From: Callorhinchus milii
Taxonomy: Eukaryota
Assembly (NCBI RefSeq): GCF_018977255.1
Contig: NW_024704742.1
Location: forward strand, 98,520,001-98,584,000
Direction of reading: 5' to 3'
DNA: 64,000 nt
Shown piece by piece: positions 1-12,035 of this stretch. Under the pieces are notes generated by a model. That model saw only the letters and a program-made list of their open reading frames with translations. It was not told the DNA's origin and ran no database searches. The translations under genes were made by a program, and so were the position numbers. Every line of letters starts with the position of its first letter. Position 1 is the first letter of the stretch.

Positions 1-467
1 TTGGGATATGTCTAGGAGTAGAATATTCTACAATATGATAATTATCATAGCTTGTACTGCATTTTTTACCGTTACTCTTACAGCCAGAATTTAAATTTTG
101 CTCAGAAACAATAGGTGTTGTTAGGAATGTTGTAATCTTATGACAAATGCATTGATAACAGGAAAGTACTAGGCATTTGGGTGCTGCCAAACCAAATTTC
201 TCAGCCAAATCAGTGAAAAGTAATACCATATGATTTCTGTGTTTTAAAAAACACTTCAACCTATATGGAAGTTTCTATCAAATTACTCTGTTGTTTAATC
301 ATTACCATCTCATTGTTACAAATATTATGAAGACATGCACTGTACTTCAGCTTCTGACACATGGATGATTGAGGTAATTTAGTATGAAGTCAAAGAAGAT
401 GTAATGTATTTCATTGATGAAGAAAGAATACAATTCAGTGCATTCTTTCAGGCTTTGCTCATTCTTT

Positions 468-565
468 AATAATAATAATCCTTGCATTTGATATAGCACT
501 TTATCACGTCATTGAGGCGTCTCAAAGTGCTTCACAGAATATATTGTAAAGTGGATTAACTGTAT
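468..565 (-). mobile_element. 3' tail fragment of young tRNA-derived SINE
   Basis: (AAT)n-ccttgcatttgatatagcac...ctcaaagtgcttcacagaatata; reverse complement of the tail of the full copy at 36539-36860. Confidence 0.85.
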
Positions 566-608
566 CATTTTGATTATCAAAAGTGACCTTTCTGTGTTTA
601 TTTACAAG

Positions 609-1010
609 TCAAATGAAGAAGGCCCTTCTGCCCATTTGACCTCATCCTTCCAGAATATCCACCCTATCATCTTCCCAGCACAGAATCAAGCTGCTTTTTT
701 TTTCAAATGAGTTCAGTGTCCCTTCCAGGTAACCCATTACAGTCATGAATTACCTGCTGGGTAAAGAAGTGATTGTCCTGAAATTGCCCTTCTCAATGCT
801 AAACCTATATCCTTTGTTTACTGTCTTGATGCCTCTTAAAGTATTGACCTGGGTTTACTTTCCAATTCTATTTAAAATGTCCTCCACGTCTATACGATCC
901 CCTCTGAGAATTTATTTCCAAGACTGAAAAGCCCTAGCTTTGTCAAATCATTTCTCATAACTTATTCATCTAACACTAGGGATCATCCTCAATGCTCTCC
1001 TCTAGGACAC
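609..1010 (-). mobile_element. CR1 LINE 3' fragment (RT C-terminus + 3'UTR), degenerate
   Basis: Minus strand reads remnants of MIP..SYEK..KLGLFSL..LRGD..FTQ; 3'UTR resembles CR1 ends at 4311, 16245, 48125. Confidence 0.75.
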
Positions 1011-1874
1011 ACAGTCCAACCAAGTGGCCAATGGTCACATGTATACCATCCATTGAGATGTTTTGATGGGATAAGGTGACAGAAGATCCATTTCAATCCC
1101 ACAAGTTGAAATGCAAGTTGATTTGTTAATGTAGAAGTGGCCACATCTGAAAAGCAAAATGACTACAGGTGGCCAGGGCCACTGGTTGGACATTGCTGCT
1201 CTCAGGTCCGCTTATGTCATGGTGAACAAATCTGTATGCAGTCCTCTAGGTGAGGCCTGACTAGGGCTTGAGTATGGTGTCTGGGAATTGGAACTCAACT
1301 GATTCAGGAGTATAGCCCAGCATCCTGTTTGCCTGGTTTACTGCTGCCTCACACTGTTTTGACATAATGAGCATTGAGTCAACCATTAGATTTCTTTCAG
1401 CTTCCCTCTTCACCCCAGCTCAATCTGAGTTAGGCTATTCAATGAAAAATCCCGGAGAAGCACTTTTCGCAAATCACACAGGAAATCTCAACCCAACATA
1501 TAAATGACAGTATTAAGAATGCATGTCACGTAGTTAAATCTATCAGTCTGATTTATGCTTATAGTCATTTAAAAAAGAGCATTTGTGAATCACTAACCAA
1601 AACTAAAGTAAATTAAATGAGATAAATCGTTTGCTGTTTGGCAGTACAGCAACGTAGCAGTCATAGAATTTCTGAAAATGTTTTTCACTACCCATTACAC
1701 ATAGTAATAAGAATTTATGCTTAAAATCAATACATCATAAAAAGAACTGACAGTTCGCAATCAGAAGGAAAAACATATTTTTCTGTATTTCTACCACTGG
1801 AAGGAAATAAAATCCAATGAATGATGACATTATTTCCTGTTAACTATCCCATTGTTTAGTCCTGTTTCCTGTTA

Positions 1875-2470
1875 ACTTGGCTCAGTTGGTATTACAGTTG
1901 CCTATGGGTTGCAAAATGGTAAATTCAAGGCCCATGATATGAGTTCACACTCTCAGTTGACACTCCAGGACACTTCAGAGGTGGCACCTTTCATATTGGA
2001 CATTAAACCATGATCACGTCTGTCTTTTCAGGTGGATTCAGAGATTGCAATCCACAGTGCGCTTTTGGAATCCTGGGATTCAGGATTTTATTGCCACAAA
2101 TCCCAGGATCCCAAATCTTACCTTGTCCAGGATGCTTGCGGTCATTCTCCACATCAGCAGGATGGGGGAGCGAGAAAACCCATTCTTCCCTTCCTTTATA
2201 CAATCCTCAAATCCTAGGTTCTCTTCAATGAATCTCTTCGATGAATCCTGGGATTTCAAGGGCACAATTACCATACCATTCCCGGGATTGGGATTCCAAT
2301 TGGGATTCCAAATGAGGCCTAGTCTGTCCATTCAGGTGGATGTTAAAGATCCCATGGCACCACTCAAAAAAGGGAGGCTCTCCTGGTGCCCTGACTAATA
2401 ATCCTACAGATAAATTGATCGCTCACCTCATTACTGAATGTCCAACTTTGCAAAATTACTTTTATATTTG
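1875..2470 (+). mobile_element. Old Deu-domain SINE (SacSINE1/AmnSINE1-like), interrupted by an insertion at 2038-2312
   Basis: ggctcagttggt head; Deu-domain motifs ttaaacc..gtctgtc..tcaggtggatgttaaagatcccatggcac. Confidence 0.75.
2038..2312. mobile_element. Palindrome-rich insertion, probable relic of a non-autonomous DNA transposon (MITE)
   Basis: About a dozen AATCC/GGATT motifs (ATCCCGGGAT-like units); starts cagagattgcaatcc; splits the Deu domain of the host SINE. Confidence 0.5.
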
Positions 2471-2609
2471 CTTATCAAAAACAGTAATTACACATGGCAA
2501 AAGTTAATGTAAAGTAATACCGTTGTTTTGAAGTGTGAAGTTCTGTAAATGTGCAAAATGTCTTTTCTAATAGAGAATGTTAACAGATTGTAAAATCAGG
2601 AATCTGCAT

Positions 2610-2880
2610 GGAGGCTCCTTCCTCAAACTGCAGTCAGATGGACGCTGGGCTGGAGTTCCAGAGAGTGGACACAGAATGTTTGAAAACCCACCTGCATGTG
2701 AAGCTGGCTGGTGTTCGCCAGCAAAGAGTGTAATTAGGTTGGTGTGGATAGAGGAGGACAAGCGTAGTGACAAAGTGGTAACAACTGGCAAATTAGAGCT
2801 TCCATACAAGGTAAGAATCCAAAGTAAATCCAAACCCCAAAGTAAATAAAGTGGGGCTCCGAATGCATGACTGGGCAAAA
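2610..2880 (-). mobile_element. Highly degenerate L2 LINE 3' fragment
   Basis: Minus strand ggtgggttttcaaacattctgtgtccactctctggaactcc corresponds to the GGRAFS..AP.LWNS segment of other L2 copies in the window. Confidence 0.55.
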
Positions 2881-3087
2881 ATTGCAGCAATGGGTAAACA
2901 ACAAGAACATCAACACTTTGCATCCTATCTCTTCCATTGACTCTTCCCCATTGCAGAAAGTGGCTACCTTTTGCCTTAGTCAGTTGTTGGGTGACAACCA
3001 TGTGCACTTTCAAAAAAGACAGGACACATGGTTAAGAGAGAATAAAGTTGAGGGATGTTGGGAAAAAGCCAGGATATAATAATGAAA

Positions 3088-3404
3088 ATAATAATAATCC
3101 TCGCATTTGATATAGTGCCTTATCACACCTTCAAGACATCTCAAAGTGCTTCACAGAATATACTGTAAAGTGAATTGACTGTATATTTTGTGGGCAAAAC
3201 GCGGCAGCCAATTGCGCACAGCAGTGTCTAACAAACAGTCATGGATTGAATAACCAAATTATTATTATTATTATTTTTTGAAGGGATTCTTACCTCCTGG
3301 GAATGATCTGTCAATCGAATAACAATCGGGTTCCTACTCACTGCTAGGTAAACAGAGGCATGTGGAATAAGGAAACTTGCCCAATGTTTTGCCCTGCCAG
3401 GAAT
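3088..3404 (-). mobile_element. Young tRNA-derived SINE, long form, 5'-truncated
   Basis: Tail, Deu-derived block gcggcagccaattgcgcacagc, extra internal segment, aaggaaacttgccca; lacks the A-box. Confidence 0.9.
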
Positions 3405-3635
3405 ATGGGTTTAGGAATAGAAACTAGGATAGGCAATAAAAACAGAAGTCACTGGGAACACTCAGCAGATCAGGCAGCATCTACGGAGAGAGAAAAGTGA
3501 GTTAACATTTCAGGACGATGAGCTTTCGTCAGCATCTGCAGGATTTTGCATTTAGGATAGGCACTCATGTGGAATATAAACCCCGGTCGGACTGGATGGG
3601 CCAATTGGCCTGTTTCTGAGATGTACCTCTATTAA
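3405..3635 (+). mobile_element. CR1 3'UTR fragment, interrupted by a Penelope-derived element
   Basis: ctcatgtggaatataaac..ggactggatgggccaattggcctgtttctg resembles the CR1 end at 35100-35182. Confidence 0.6.
3436..3552. mobile_element. Short Penelope-like-element-derived repeat, internally deleted, with perfect 11-bp TSD
   Basis: Matches the left arm and the tail of 13918-14151; flanked by taggataggca at 3425-3435 and 3553-3563; minus strand CTGACGA..GAAA at 3501-3532. Confidence 0.8.
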
Positions 3636-4310
3636 TCTAGTAATCTACCTTACTTGTGTTTCCTCAGCAGACTGACTCCTCGTGCCAATTTTAGATTAGT
3701 GTTGGCAGGGGCCCAGCAACAGACTGCCAGCTCATCATCTTTGCCTGTGAAGGTACTTGATGGTGCAAGAAATCTCCTCAGTGGGAAAACAGAGCAAAAC
3801 AAAAGGCAGACTTCAGTGAAGTGTATTGCTCAAAATGATGAACTTTATAAACTTGAGTCATGTCATTAATGGAAAAGATATTAATTTCTGGCAGATACCT
3901 GTCCATCTCTCTGCCTTATCTGTAGCTGCGTTACTAAGGACCAAACGTGCTGTCGATTCCTAATAGAGAATAGGGTTTATTTTAGCACACAGATTATTTA
4001 TTATACTTATTAACCCTCGGGCTGAAATTCTGCATAGCCTTAGCCTGTAATACCAGTTAGTTGTCAATTTAAGACTGCTCAGAACTAAGGAAAACATTTC
4101 ATTTCAGTCTTAACCTGGCAAACATTTTTCCGCAGTTCTTTAAAAGAATCAGCATCCAAACTAAGACAGAATTGAAGAATTCTCCCATATGTCTTTGCGA
4201 CCTTAAATTTTAAGACAAGTTCCAAAGGTGGAACTTTGAGCCTCTTGTACTGTGTAAGAAGATGTCTACAATCACCAATAAGAATCCATGAAGCACAGAA
4301 TCAATCAAGC

Positions 4311-4477
4311 TAATAAGGGCTGGAACAGGTTACCAGGATGGGTGGTTAAGGCCAGGATCCTGGATTCATTTTAAAAACAACTTAATGATGGGAAGATGCC
4401 AGGGTGGATATTCTGGAAGGAAGACATCAGATGGGCTGAAGGGCCTTCTTTATCAGAATCATCCCTTGCGGTCTTGT
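4311..4477 (+). mobile_element. CR1 3' end fragment
   Basis: tggaacaggttacca (WNRLP)..ggattcattttaaaaacaactt..gatgggctgaagggccttct. Confidence 0.7.
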
Positions 4478-4963
4478 GAGCACAGGGCAGGTCATGAAGG
4501 AATGAAGATCCAGAGAGCCTAAAGGAGATAGTTCCCACCAAAATAAAAACATGCAATTTACAAATGATAAATAGTTTTACGACTGAAATGAATTGGGAAA
4601 TCTGTCTAGTCACATTATAGCAACAACTTTGCTATTAATTTTATTCTAGAAACAAATTTGTCAAATTTGTACAGAAAAAATATATTTTATTAATGCTTAC
4701 TATGAAATTAGTGTATGGAAGTCATGCTGTGAACTATTTTAACACTGTAAAATGTTCACTGCATTATTGTTACATTTTTATATCACAGCCTTGGTTCTGT
4801 GAGTCACTGTTGCCATTTGTCATACATCATTTCCCAATTGGAAATGACACTTGTGAATCGATCGTAAAACCTGATGACAATACAGTTAATGTACATATAT
4901 TGGTAAGAAGATTGATTCTATCTGATTCACATTGATTCAGTCAGGAGAAAAGATCTGCAGAAT

Positions 4964-5090
4964 AATAGAATCATAGAAATTACAGCAGATGTGGATACTA
5001 TTCGGTCCATCAATCCTAATCTCATCCCAAGTCTCTGCTCTTTACTATATACCCACTACTTGTCTCCTTTTCAATTGGTTATCCAAAATA
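4964..5090 (-). mobile_element. CR1 terminal fragment
   Basis: atagaatcatagaa is the reverse complement of the (ATTCTATG)n-type CR1 tail, followed by tattcggtccatc. Confidence 0.55.
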
Positions 5091-6965
5091 TTGAACAGAA
5101 TTGTTTATTTCCACTAAGTTCTGTGCAGAAAAGAACAAACTAATAATCTTGATTAATGTGCATGGACTAGCTGTAAAGAGGCATGTATTGCCACTAGCTT
5201 GAAGTATGCATCAGGCAACAGCTGACAATGTATTCAGTGAGGACTGTTTAGCTCTGTTAACTCTGTGCATGCATCTTTTGCACTAAACAATTTGTACGGT
5301 TACAGTAGAAGTAAAGGTGATACTTAACAGCAGCAAAAGTTAAGTCATTGATGAATGTCCCAGCATCCGTTTATCTTAAAATTCATATGAAGATAATACA
5401 GTAGCTGTCATAAATGGTGTATACTATTTTGCACAGCATGAATAGTAAATGTTTATGTACACCCAGTGTGTACCATATAAATCACACAACATTTGCACCA
5501 GCATCAGATTTTACAACGTGATTGTTTCTGATGTAAAGGTTAATGTAGATTGTAAATGACCCAAAATTGTATGTGATAACATTATCATGGTTACCCTCCA
5601 GTTCTCTGGTGCACCCAGCAATAGAATCTGCAGTTAAATATCACCTCTCTCCTGGAAGTTGTTTCCCAATGAACCCATTCAACACAGGGTTAAAAATTCC
5701 AGCAAGCAGAATAGAAAGGAGCACTGTGCTGTTGCCCTTGTGAGGGTGTTTTAAGGTTAGATTAGGAGTGGCTTCAAAGCATAGCAAAATAGTGTGGAAA
5801 GAGAACATCAGAGCGTTCTGTTTGTTACTACACTATAGGATCATTTTATTTTTCATATACAGCCGAATCATTGTTTAATAGTTAATAGACACAGGGTGCA
5901 AAATGTTCTGTATAAGGCAAGTTCTATCGCCAATATCACTGAGCACTTCTGATCAGATAATAAGGAAAATAATTAATTGCTATCCACCAAGGGAATTTGC
6001 ATGGAGAACTGAGAGACATATGAGTGTTTGCTTGTAAAAATGTGTTGTGCTCTTGTTCAAGCATAGAAGCCTGTTATTATTCCTGGAACATAACACAATT
6101 TAGTTAATTCTAAATGATTACACTTAGCAGAGCAATATAGATGCAGCATTCACAGAGACATCTTTGCGCTTGATTTCAATTTCCATAAAATAACTTAGAA
6201 GAGGAGTCAACTGAGCTGAACTATGCGATACACAAAGCCACACTTGTTGCGGGTAACAGCAAACTGTTTGTTTTGCCAAAGTTAAAAAAGAAAACAAATC
6301 CTATTTATTAGCAGTGTAACGTATGACGCACAACAGTCACAGCAGAAAATAGTCCTGGACATATAGCTGAATGAAAGGAATCAGCAAAATCTTAAAAGTG
6401 GACAAAGTCCTTATGATGTAGGATAGAAGATAAATCCTACAAGGGCGAGATAATCTGTCTTGTTTATGAAAAGTGATAGCCTTCTGGCCACTGGTTAATG
6501 TACAAAGCATTCTTCATGGGAAGCCAGCTATATTTTACATTGGTTTGGCAACACTTTTTGTTTTTTGTATAAACTATAAACTATGCTCGATGGCATGTGA
6601 TTATTTCAGTTGCTATTGATGGTATGGTCTCAAATGATTGCAGTAACTCCTTAGGTACTTCAGTTACAGTTCTGCATTGAAATCAAAACATTATCAATTT
6701 ATGTTTGTTTAGTTTATTACACAAACACTACAAATTGATAAATATATTTTAATCTACTAATTCTGCTTAATAACTTTCATCAATCAAAATGCAAAAAAAA
6801 CTTGATTCTCAGAAATCAGATATAAATTGAAAACTTATTGAAATAATAATAATAATTCTTGCATTTGGTATAGCTTGTTGGTAGAAGCATAATAAATATC
6901 ATAAAACAATGTTTCAACATTTCTAATATCTGTCAAACTCTCATGTCCACCAGAAGCCAAACATT

Positions 6966-7402
6966 ATAATAATATTCCTTCCCTTTGATATTGAAGGCCT
7001 TTTACAACAGGAGGGCGATTCAAAGGGCTTCATAGGCTTTACTATAAAATGTGCTGACTGTGTGTTTGTAGGTGAATTCGGCAGCCAATTGACTCACAGC
7101 AATGTCCCACAAACAACCATGAAGTGAGTGACTAATTTTATCTCGACGATTGTTGGCCAGGGCACAGGGTGAAATTTCTTTCCCTTTCCAAAAATTGTAG
7201 TGCCATGGAATTTTTAACATTCCATCTAAACAAGCAGACGGGACCTCATTTACATCTCATTCGAAGGAAAGTACAACAATGCAGTGCACCTAGCTCAGGA
7301 TTGCAGTGGAGTGTCTGCCTAAATTGTGAGTTTAATATGGGGTTTAAACCCACAACCTTCTGACATAGAAGCGAGTGTACGGCCAACTGAGCCAGGCTGA
7401 CA
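6966..7402 (-). mobile_element. Old Deu-domain SINE, near full length
   Basis: Minus strand: tgtcagcctggctcagttgg head, tcagaaggttgtgggtt B-box region, Deu domain, L2-type tail. Confidence 0.85.
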
Positions 7403-9735
7403 TATGAATAGAAAATTTGCTCTGGTGTCCACAACTACTGGATTTCAAATATTCTGTTGGCTCTATCATCAGTACACTGCTTAAGCGACCTGATTCGGGC
7501 TATTCTAATGTCCCCAACCCTTATTATTACACTATCCTTGAGAGGCAAGCTAAGTCCGTAGTTCTGTTAAGCACTTGCTATAGATAACACACAGCAAGTA
7601 TGGTAACAATTCCAGAAGCATTATAACAGATATATAGCATGGTGTAGGCTTTATAATTCGGGGCTATAAAAATAGTCTAGTGTATCTGAACAGCCTCCCA
7701 AGTTACTATTCTCCAGCGAAGGAGCTAAGAATCTTACATAGTCCTGTGTTCTACTTCACTGTATAAAGTCCATTTGGTAAATATTTATATTTCCTCTATT
7801 TCCAGAACTTCTTTATTTATTATAACTTTGCTTGACCATTCCACTATACAACACTGTGACTAAGTATCCATCATCACATTCATCCCCAAATGTCTGTTCA
7901 CATAGGCTTTTAAAGACAGGGGTTAGTATTTCCTTTCAGTTGCCTCACGAGGCATATCATTCACTACCATTTCTATTTAAACATTGCAGCATCACATACA
8001 TTCATATACAAGAAGGAATGATTTTAATAATCATGTACATGTTAAACATAATAAAAAAAGAATAAATTATTTGTATATTTGTATCAAGGTCAAACAACAT
8101 TTAATCTAAATATAAAAATGTTATCAGGCTCTAATGGAGTAAAACAGCTCACAGTCTAGTCTGTCACTCCAGTACAGTGCTGGTGAAACCCTCATCTCTT
8201 TGAGCCCTTTATCCAGGTCTTTTCTTTGTTTAATGTTGCTTTCTTAATCTATGCTGTCCTCAACCAAAAAATAACTCAGTGTTCAGCATGAAGACTTCAG
8301 CCATATCTGATCACTAAACGTTAATTTCTGGTTTAGCAGATTTCCACCCTTTGAGGCTGATTGATATTGTGTTCTCATAACCATATCTTACACACTAAGG
8401 CATAAAGGAATTTCAGATCATGGAGATGAAAAGTTGGCATTCACAAAACACCAGTTGCCTGCTAATTGCAATTGATATTGTGGACTTATCCATCAAATTG
8501 GATGAAAAATGGTAGAAGAAATTACAATTCTAAAGGCCAGCAAAGTCCACCTTGTATTTAGTGCTTTACTTTCTGACATTTCTGTTTGCCTTGTTCTGTC
8601 CCTTGTGATAGATTCTAATAACTTGGATTTTCAGTCCTTTAGAAATTGCCCAAAAGTAAAACACCGACCTCAACATGATTTATGAATCTTGGTTGTGAAT
8701 GTTGTGTTTCCTTGTGAATGAGAAGAAAAGTGGATTGGGAGTGTCTAAAAATCCTCACAAATAATAGTTCCAATGAACAACATCAATACAATATATTATC
8801 ATTACAAGCAAAAACGAAAGAGACTTTGAATCTCAACGGTTCTTTGATGTAATACATTATGGGTGCACTCTGGATACTTGTATGATCACTTTGGTACAAT
8901 AAAAACTTATGCAACTTCTGTTTCTAAAAAAAAATTAACATTTTTGTCTCTCGCCTTCAGAAAGCAGTCAGTTAATTCACACTAGAGAAATGTATTCAGA
9001 ATTTCAGGTAATTCAAAGAGCACTGGGAGTCAATAAACCCAATCCAGTTAATAAAGTCTCATGGTGTGTGCATTAATAGCAAAAAATGATTAATCCCTCC
9101 CAGCCTTTCATCTACACATTCAGTCACATTGTTACGCACAATTCTCAGCCAATATGATCTGGACTCTGGGGGTTAGGTTTGGATTAAACGCTCCAGTATC
9201 ATCTATCCAAATCTTCACGGAAGAACTTTATTTACGCACAGATGTATACACTAAACCACTGTGCAGCTCTTAAACTAACATGCACATTCAGCATGTCTTA
9301 AAAAAAGCTGCAACATCCTATGTGAAACTGGCTCAAGCTACCCTGTGCCAAAGAGGCACATAATCATTTATTCAAGCTGTTTTCAGTACTATAGGTCCTT
9401 GGACGCTGTCTATTTATTCAGTGCCAAAGGGCCAGACAGTACCAGCCTCACAGATAATATGTCAAGTTGTTTGACTGTATCACCAATTTGGTTTTATTAG
9501 AGAGCCTTTCAAAACATTATCAAAAATCTCTCCATGGAAATGATCAACTTTAGTTGTTCACATCGTCTCAAGATACATACCAGCAAAATGTGAACTGGGA
9601 GAAATGTAATTTTGTTTCTCCCAGGTGGAAATATCCCCCACTGTGGTACAGATCCTGGAACTATATAATGGAAATTTTATTAATCTAAAAGGAATAAAAG
9701 GCAGTTAGTTTTGCAATACAATAGGCACTTTCAGG

Positions 9736-9922
9736 AATAGGAACATAGGAACGTAGGAACAGGAGTAGGCCATTCAGCCTCTCAAGCCTGTTCTGCTATT
9801 CAATTAGATCATGGCTGATCTGTACCTCAACTAATCCTTTCAATTCCAATTTCCCACTTTCTCCCCGTATCCCTTAATACCCTGACCTACCAAAAATCTA
9901 TCAACTTCACTCTTGAAGATAT
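9736..9922 (-). mobile_element. CR1 3' end with (TTCCTATG)n-type tail
   Basis: ataggaacataggaacgtaggaacaggagtaggccattcagcc..gatcatggctgatc. Confidence 0.8.
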
Positions 9923-9957
9923 GGATGGATGGATAATGTGTAAAAGCTGTAACATGC

Positions 9958-10260
9958 TACAAGACAATACAATGTATTTATATAGTGTCATTCACATCAG
10001 GAGGACGTCTCAAAATGCTTGACAATGCTGGGTGAGCAATGAGTTAGGATGAGAGCCAAGGTGGGGTCAGGAGGGGAAAGATGACTGAAAGTGTGGTCAA
10101 AGAGATACATTCTGAGACATGCCTTGAACAAGAGGAAGGAGGGAGTGAGTCAAAGGACTACAGGATGGAGCACCAGAGAACAGGACAAAATGGCTGAAAG
10201 CCCATCTGCTGACGGTGGAATATATAGATCAGGGACATGAAGCAAGCTGGTGCCCCACCA
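9958..10260 (-). mobile_element. L2 3' fragment, degenerate
   Basis: tttatatagtg..cacatcaggaggacgtctcaaa tail stem-loop; tggctgaaagccca..cggtgg (TxGxxAFSH on minus strand). Confidence 0.7.
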
Positions 10261-10269
10261 CTATTAATC

Positions 10270-11145
10270 AAAAGAAAAATAAACTATGAAATATCAAGAG
10301 TCAACAGCAAGACTGGAGACTGGAAGAAATAAAGGAATGCATATTGCAGCAAAAGGGGACAAAAAAGATAATGTGGCAGGCTAAGAAGGAATATGAAAAA
10401 ATGTATAACAGTAAGGCATTTTATAAATATATCAAGAGAAAGAGTGAGTGGGTCCATTTAAAGCAGATACAGATGTGACATTAGCAGAGGATAAGGGCAT
10501 GTAAGAATTGTCTTTTTTGGTCAGCCAGGTGTCTGACACGCACGGAAACCCATCACTATGCTTCACATGGAAACCCATCTCTATGCTTCACATAGAAACC
10601 TATCACCATGCTTCACAGTATCCAAACCAGACTGAGAGATCCATGCATCTCATCTACACAAATATTCAATTGTTGAATGAATATTTTGCTTCAGTTGTAC
10701 AGCTGAAAAGGATGATGAGATAACAGAGGTTCAGGAAAGGCTGGAGTTTAGAGCAGGGCAAAATGTAAAGGTCTAGTTATAAACAGAAATAATAACAATG
10801 GATAAAATAATGGGTTTGAAGTTAAACAAATCAATAAGACCAGATGACTTCCAGCTCAGGTTACTAAAATAAATGAGACAAAATTGTGAAGGTTTTTATT
10901 ATTATTTTCTGAAGTTCAATAGATTCAGGAATTGTACAAGAGGATTGGAGCACAGTGAATATAATTCTGATTTTCAGGAAAAGAAGGGACAAAATAAGCA
11001 ACAAAAGGCCCGTGAGTTTAACATCAGTGATGGTAAATCACTGGAACTTATCATCAGGAGCAGAATAACTGAACATCTATATAAGCATGGTCTGGTTAGA
11101 CCGCAACTTGAATACTGCATGCAGTTCTGGTCACTGCGACATAAG
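10270..11145 (+). mobile_element. CR1 ORF2 relic with an internal insertion and a large internal deletion
   Basis: AFYKYIK, LLNEYFASV, GKSLELIIRSRITEHL and VRPQLEYCMQFWS motifs. Confidence 0.8.
10512..10667. repeat. Unclassified interspersed repeat with 3 x 25-bp internal tandem units, inserted in CR1
   Basis: Units at 10541-10565, 10566-10590, 10591-10615; flanking aattgt at 10506-10511 and 10668-10673; homologous to 63298-63390. Confidence 0.75.
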
Positions 11146-11204
11146 GGGGATCCTCACTCAATAATCATGATTGAGGATCCAAAGAAGACAATTAAGTTAA
11201 TGTG

Positions 11205-11350
11205 AAATGCAATCCAGAACTGCTGGAAATGTACAGTAAATCATTCAGCATGTGAAAGAGCACAATAGCCAAAGAAGAGGTCTACCACATGTTAACTGAT
11301 GTGGATTTCCAGCATTTCTCCTTTAATTTCAGATTTTCAGAATCACAGTT
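11205..11350. mobile_element. Old degenerate Penelope-derived palindromic repeat
   Basis: tgctggaaat...atttccagcattt inverted pair plus tttcagattttcag tail, as in 13918-14151. Confidence 0.55.
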
Positions 11351-11849
11351 ATTAAAGTTCATCTACAAAATGGATTGCCACTACAATACCCAGATTTAAA
11401 TGCTCTGAGACATTATTCCACACAAAGGGTGCAATATAAATCCAAGCTGTTGTTGTATATCCTGTTAAGTGCTTTGAACATCCCCCTGACTGAAAACACA
11501 AGGAACATTATCATTTATACTTTTTATTTCTTGTGAGCAGAAGTGAGATTGGTCAGTTCATTATCTATTTTTAAAATATGATTGCAGTTCCTTCAGATCC
11601 AAAATCGCATGACGATTTTACAATTTGCCTCGTTCAAATGTCATAACATGATGAATGTCACTCTTCTTCATGGAATATTGATTACCTCAATCACATCCCT
11701 GATGCTATTACTGCAGCACTTATGATGGCTATAGAGGTGCAAGAGAGCATAATCTAGGAAAGATATGTTTAAGTAAATTTAGAATTCAGATTCGGAGTTC
11801 CAAAGTCAATAATACTTCCAATGGAAACATTCTTGGCTAGAAAACCAGC

Positions 11850-12035
11850 AGCACTTCTCTTTACAAAGGGAATCATGAGAGACTGATATTTCATCCATAG
11901 GACAGTACCTCCGGCAATGCGGCATTTCCACAATACTGTGCCAGCGTGTCGTGCTAGCCTACAAACTCAAGTAGACTTGAATGTATAGTCTTCTGATCCA
12001 GAAGCGAGAATGCCAGCAACAGAGCCAAGTTGACA
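11850..12035 (-). mobile_element. Old Deu-domain SINE, 5' half
   Basis: ttctgatccagaagcgagaatgccagcaacagagccaagttgaca is the reverse complement of the head; acctccggcaatgcggca. Confidence 0.65.

Noticed and set aside
2567..3079. Overlapping 148/90/70-aa ORFs as a gene
   Set aside because: They overlie a decayed L2 fragment and probable CR1 3' remnants; no domain recognised
3654..3776. Minus-strand 123-bp exon (donor aa|gtaagg, upstream pyrimidine tract, open frame)
   Set aside because: Acceptor would be the rare GAG, the peptide is unrecognised, and its phase is incompatible with the 35411-35575 candidate
10541..10615. CRISPR-like array
   Set aside because: Head-to-tail 25-bp units with no spacers, eukaryotic context, no cas genes
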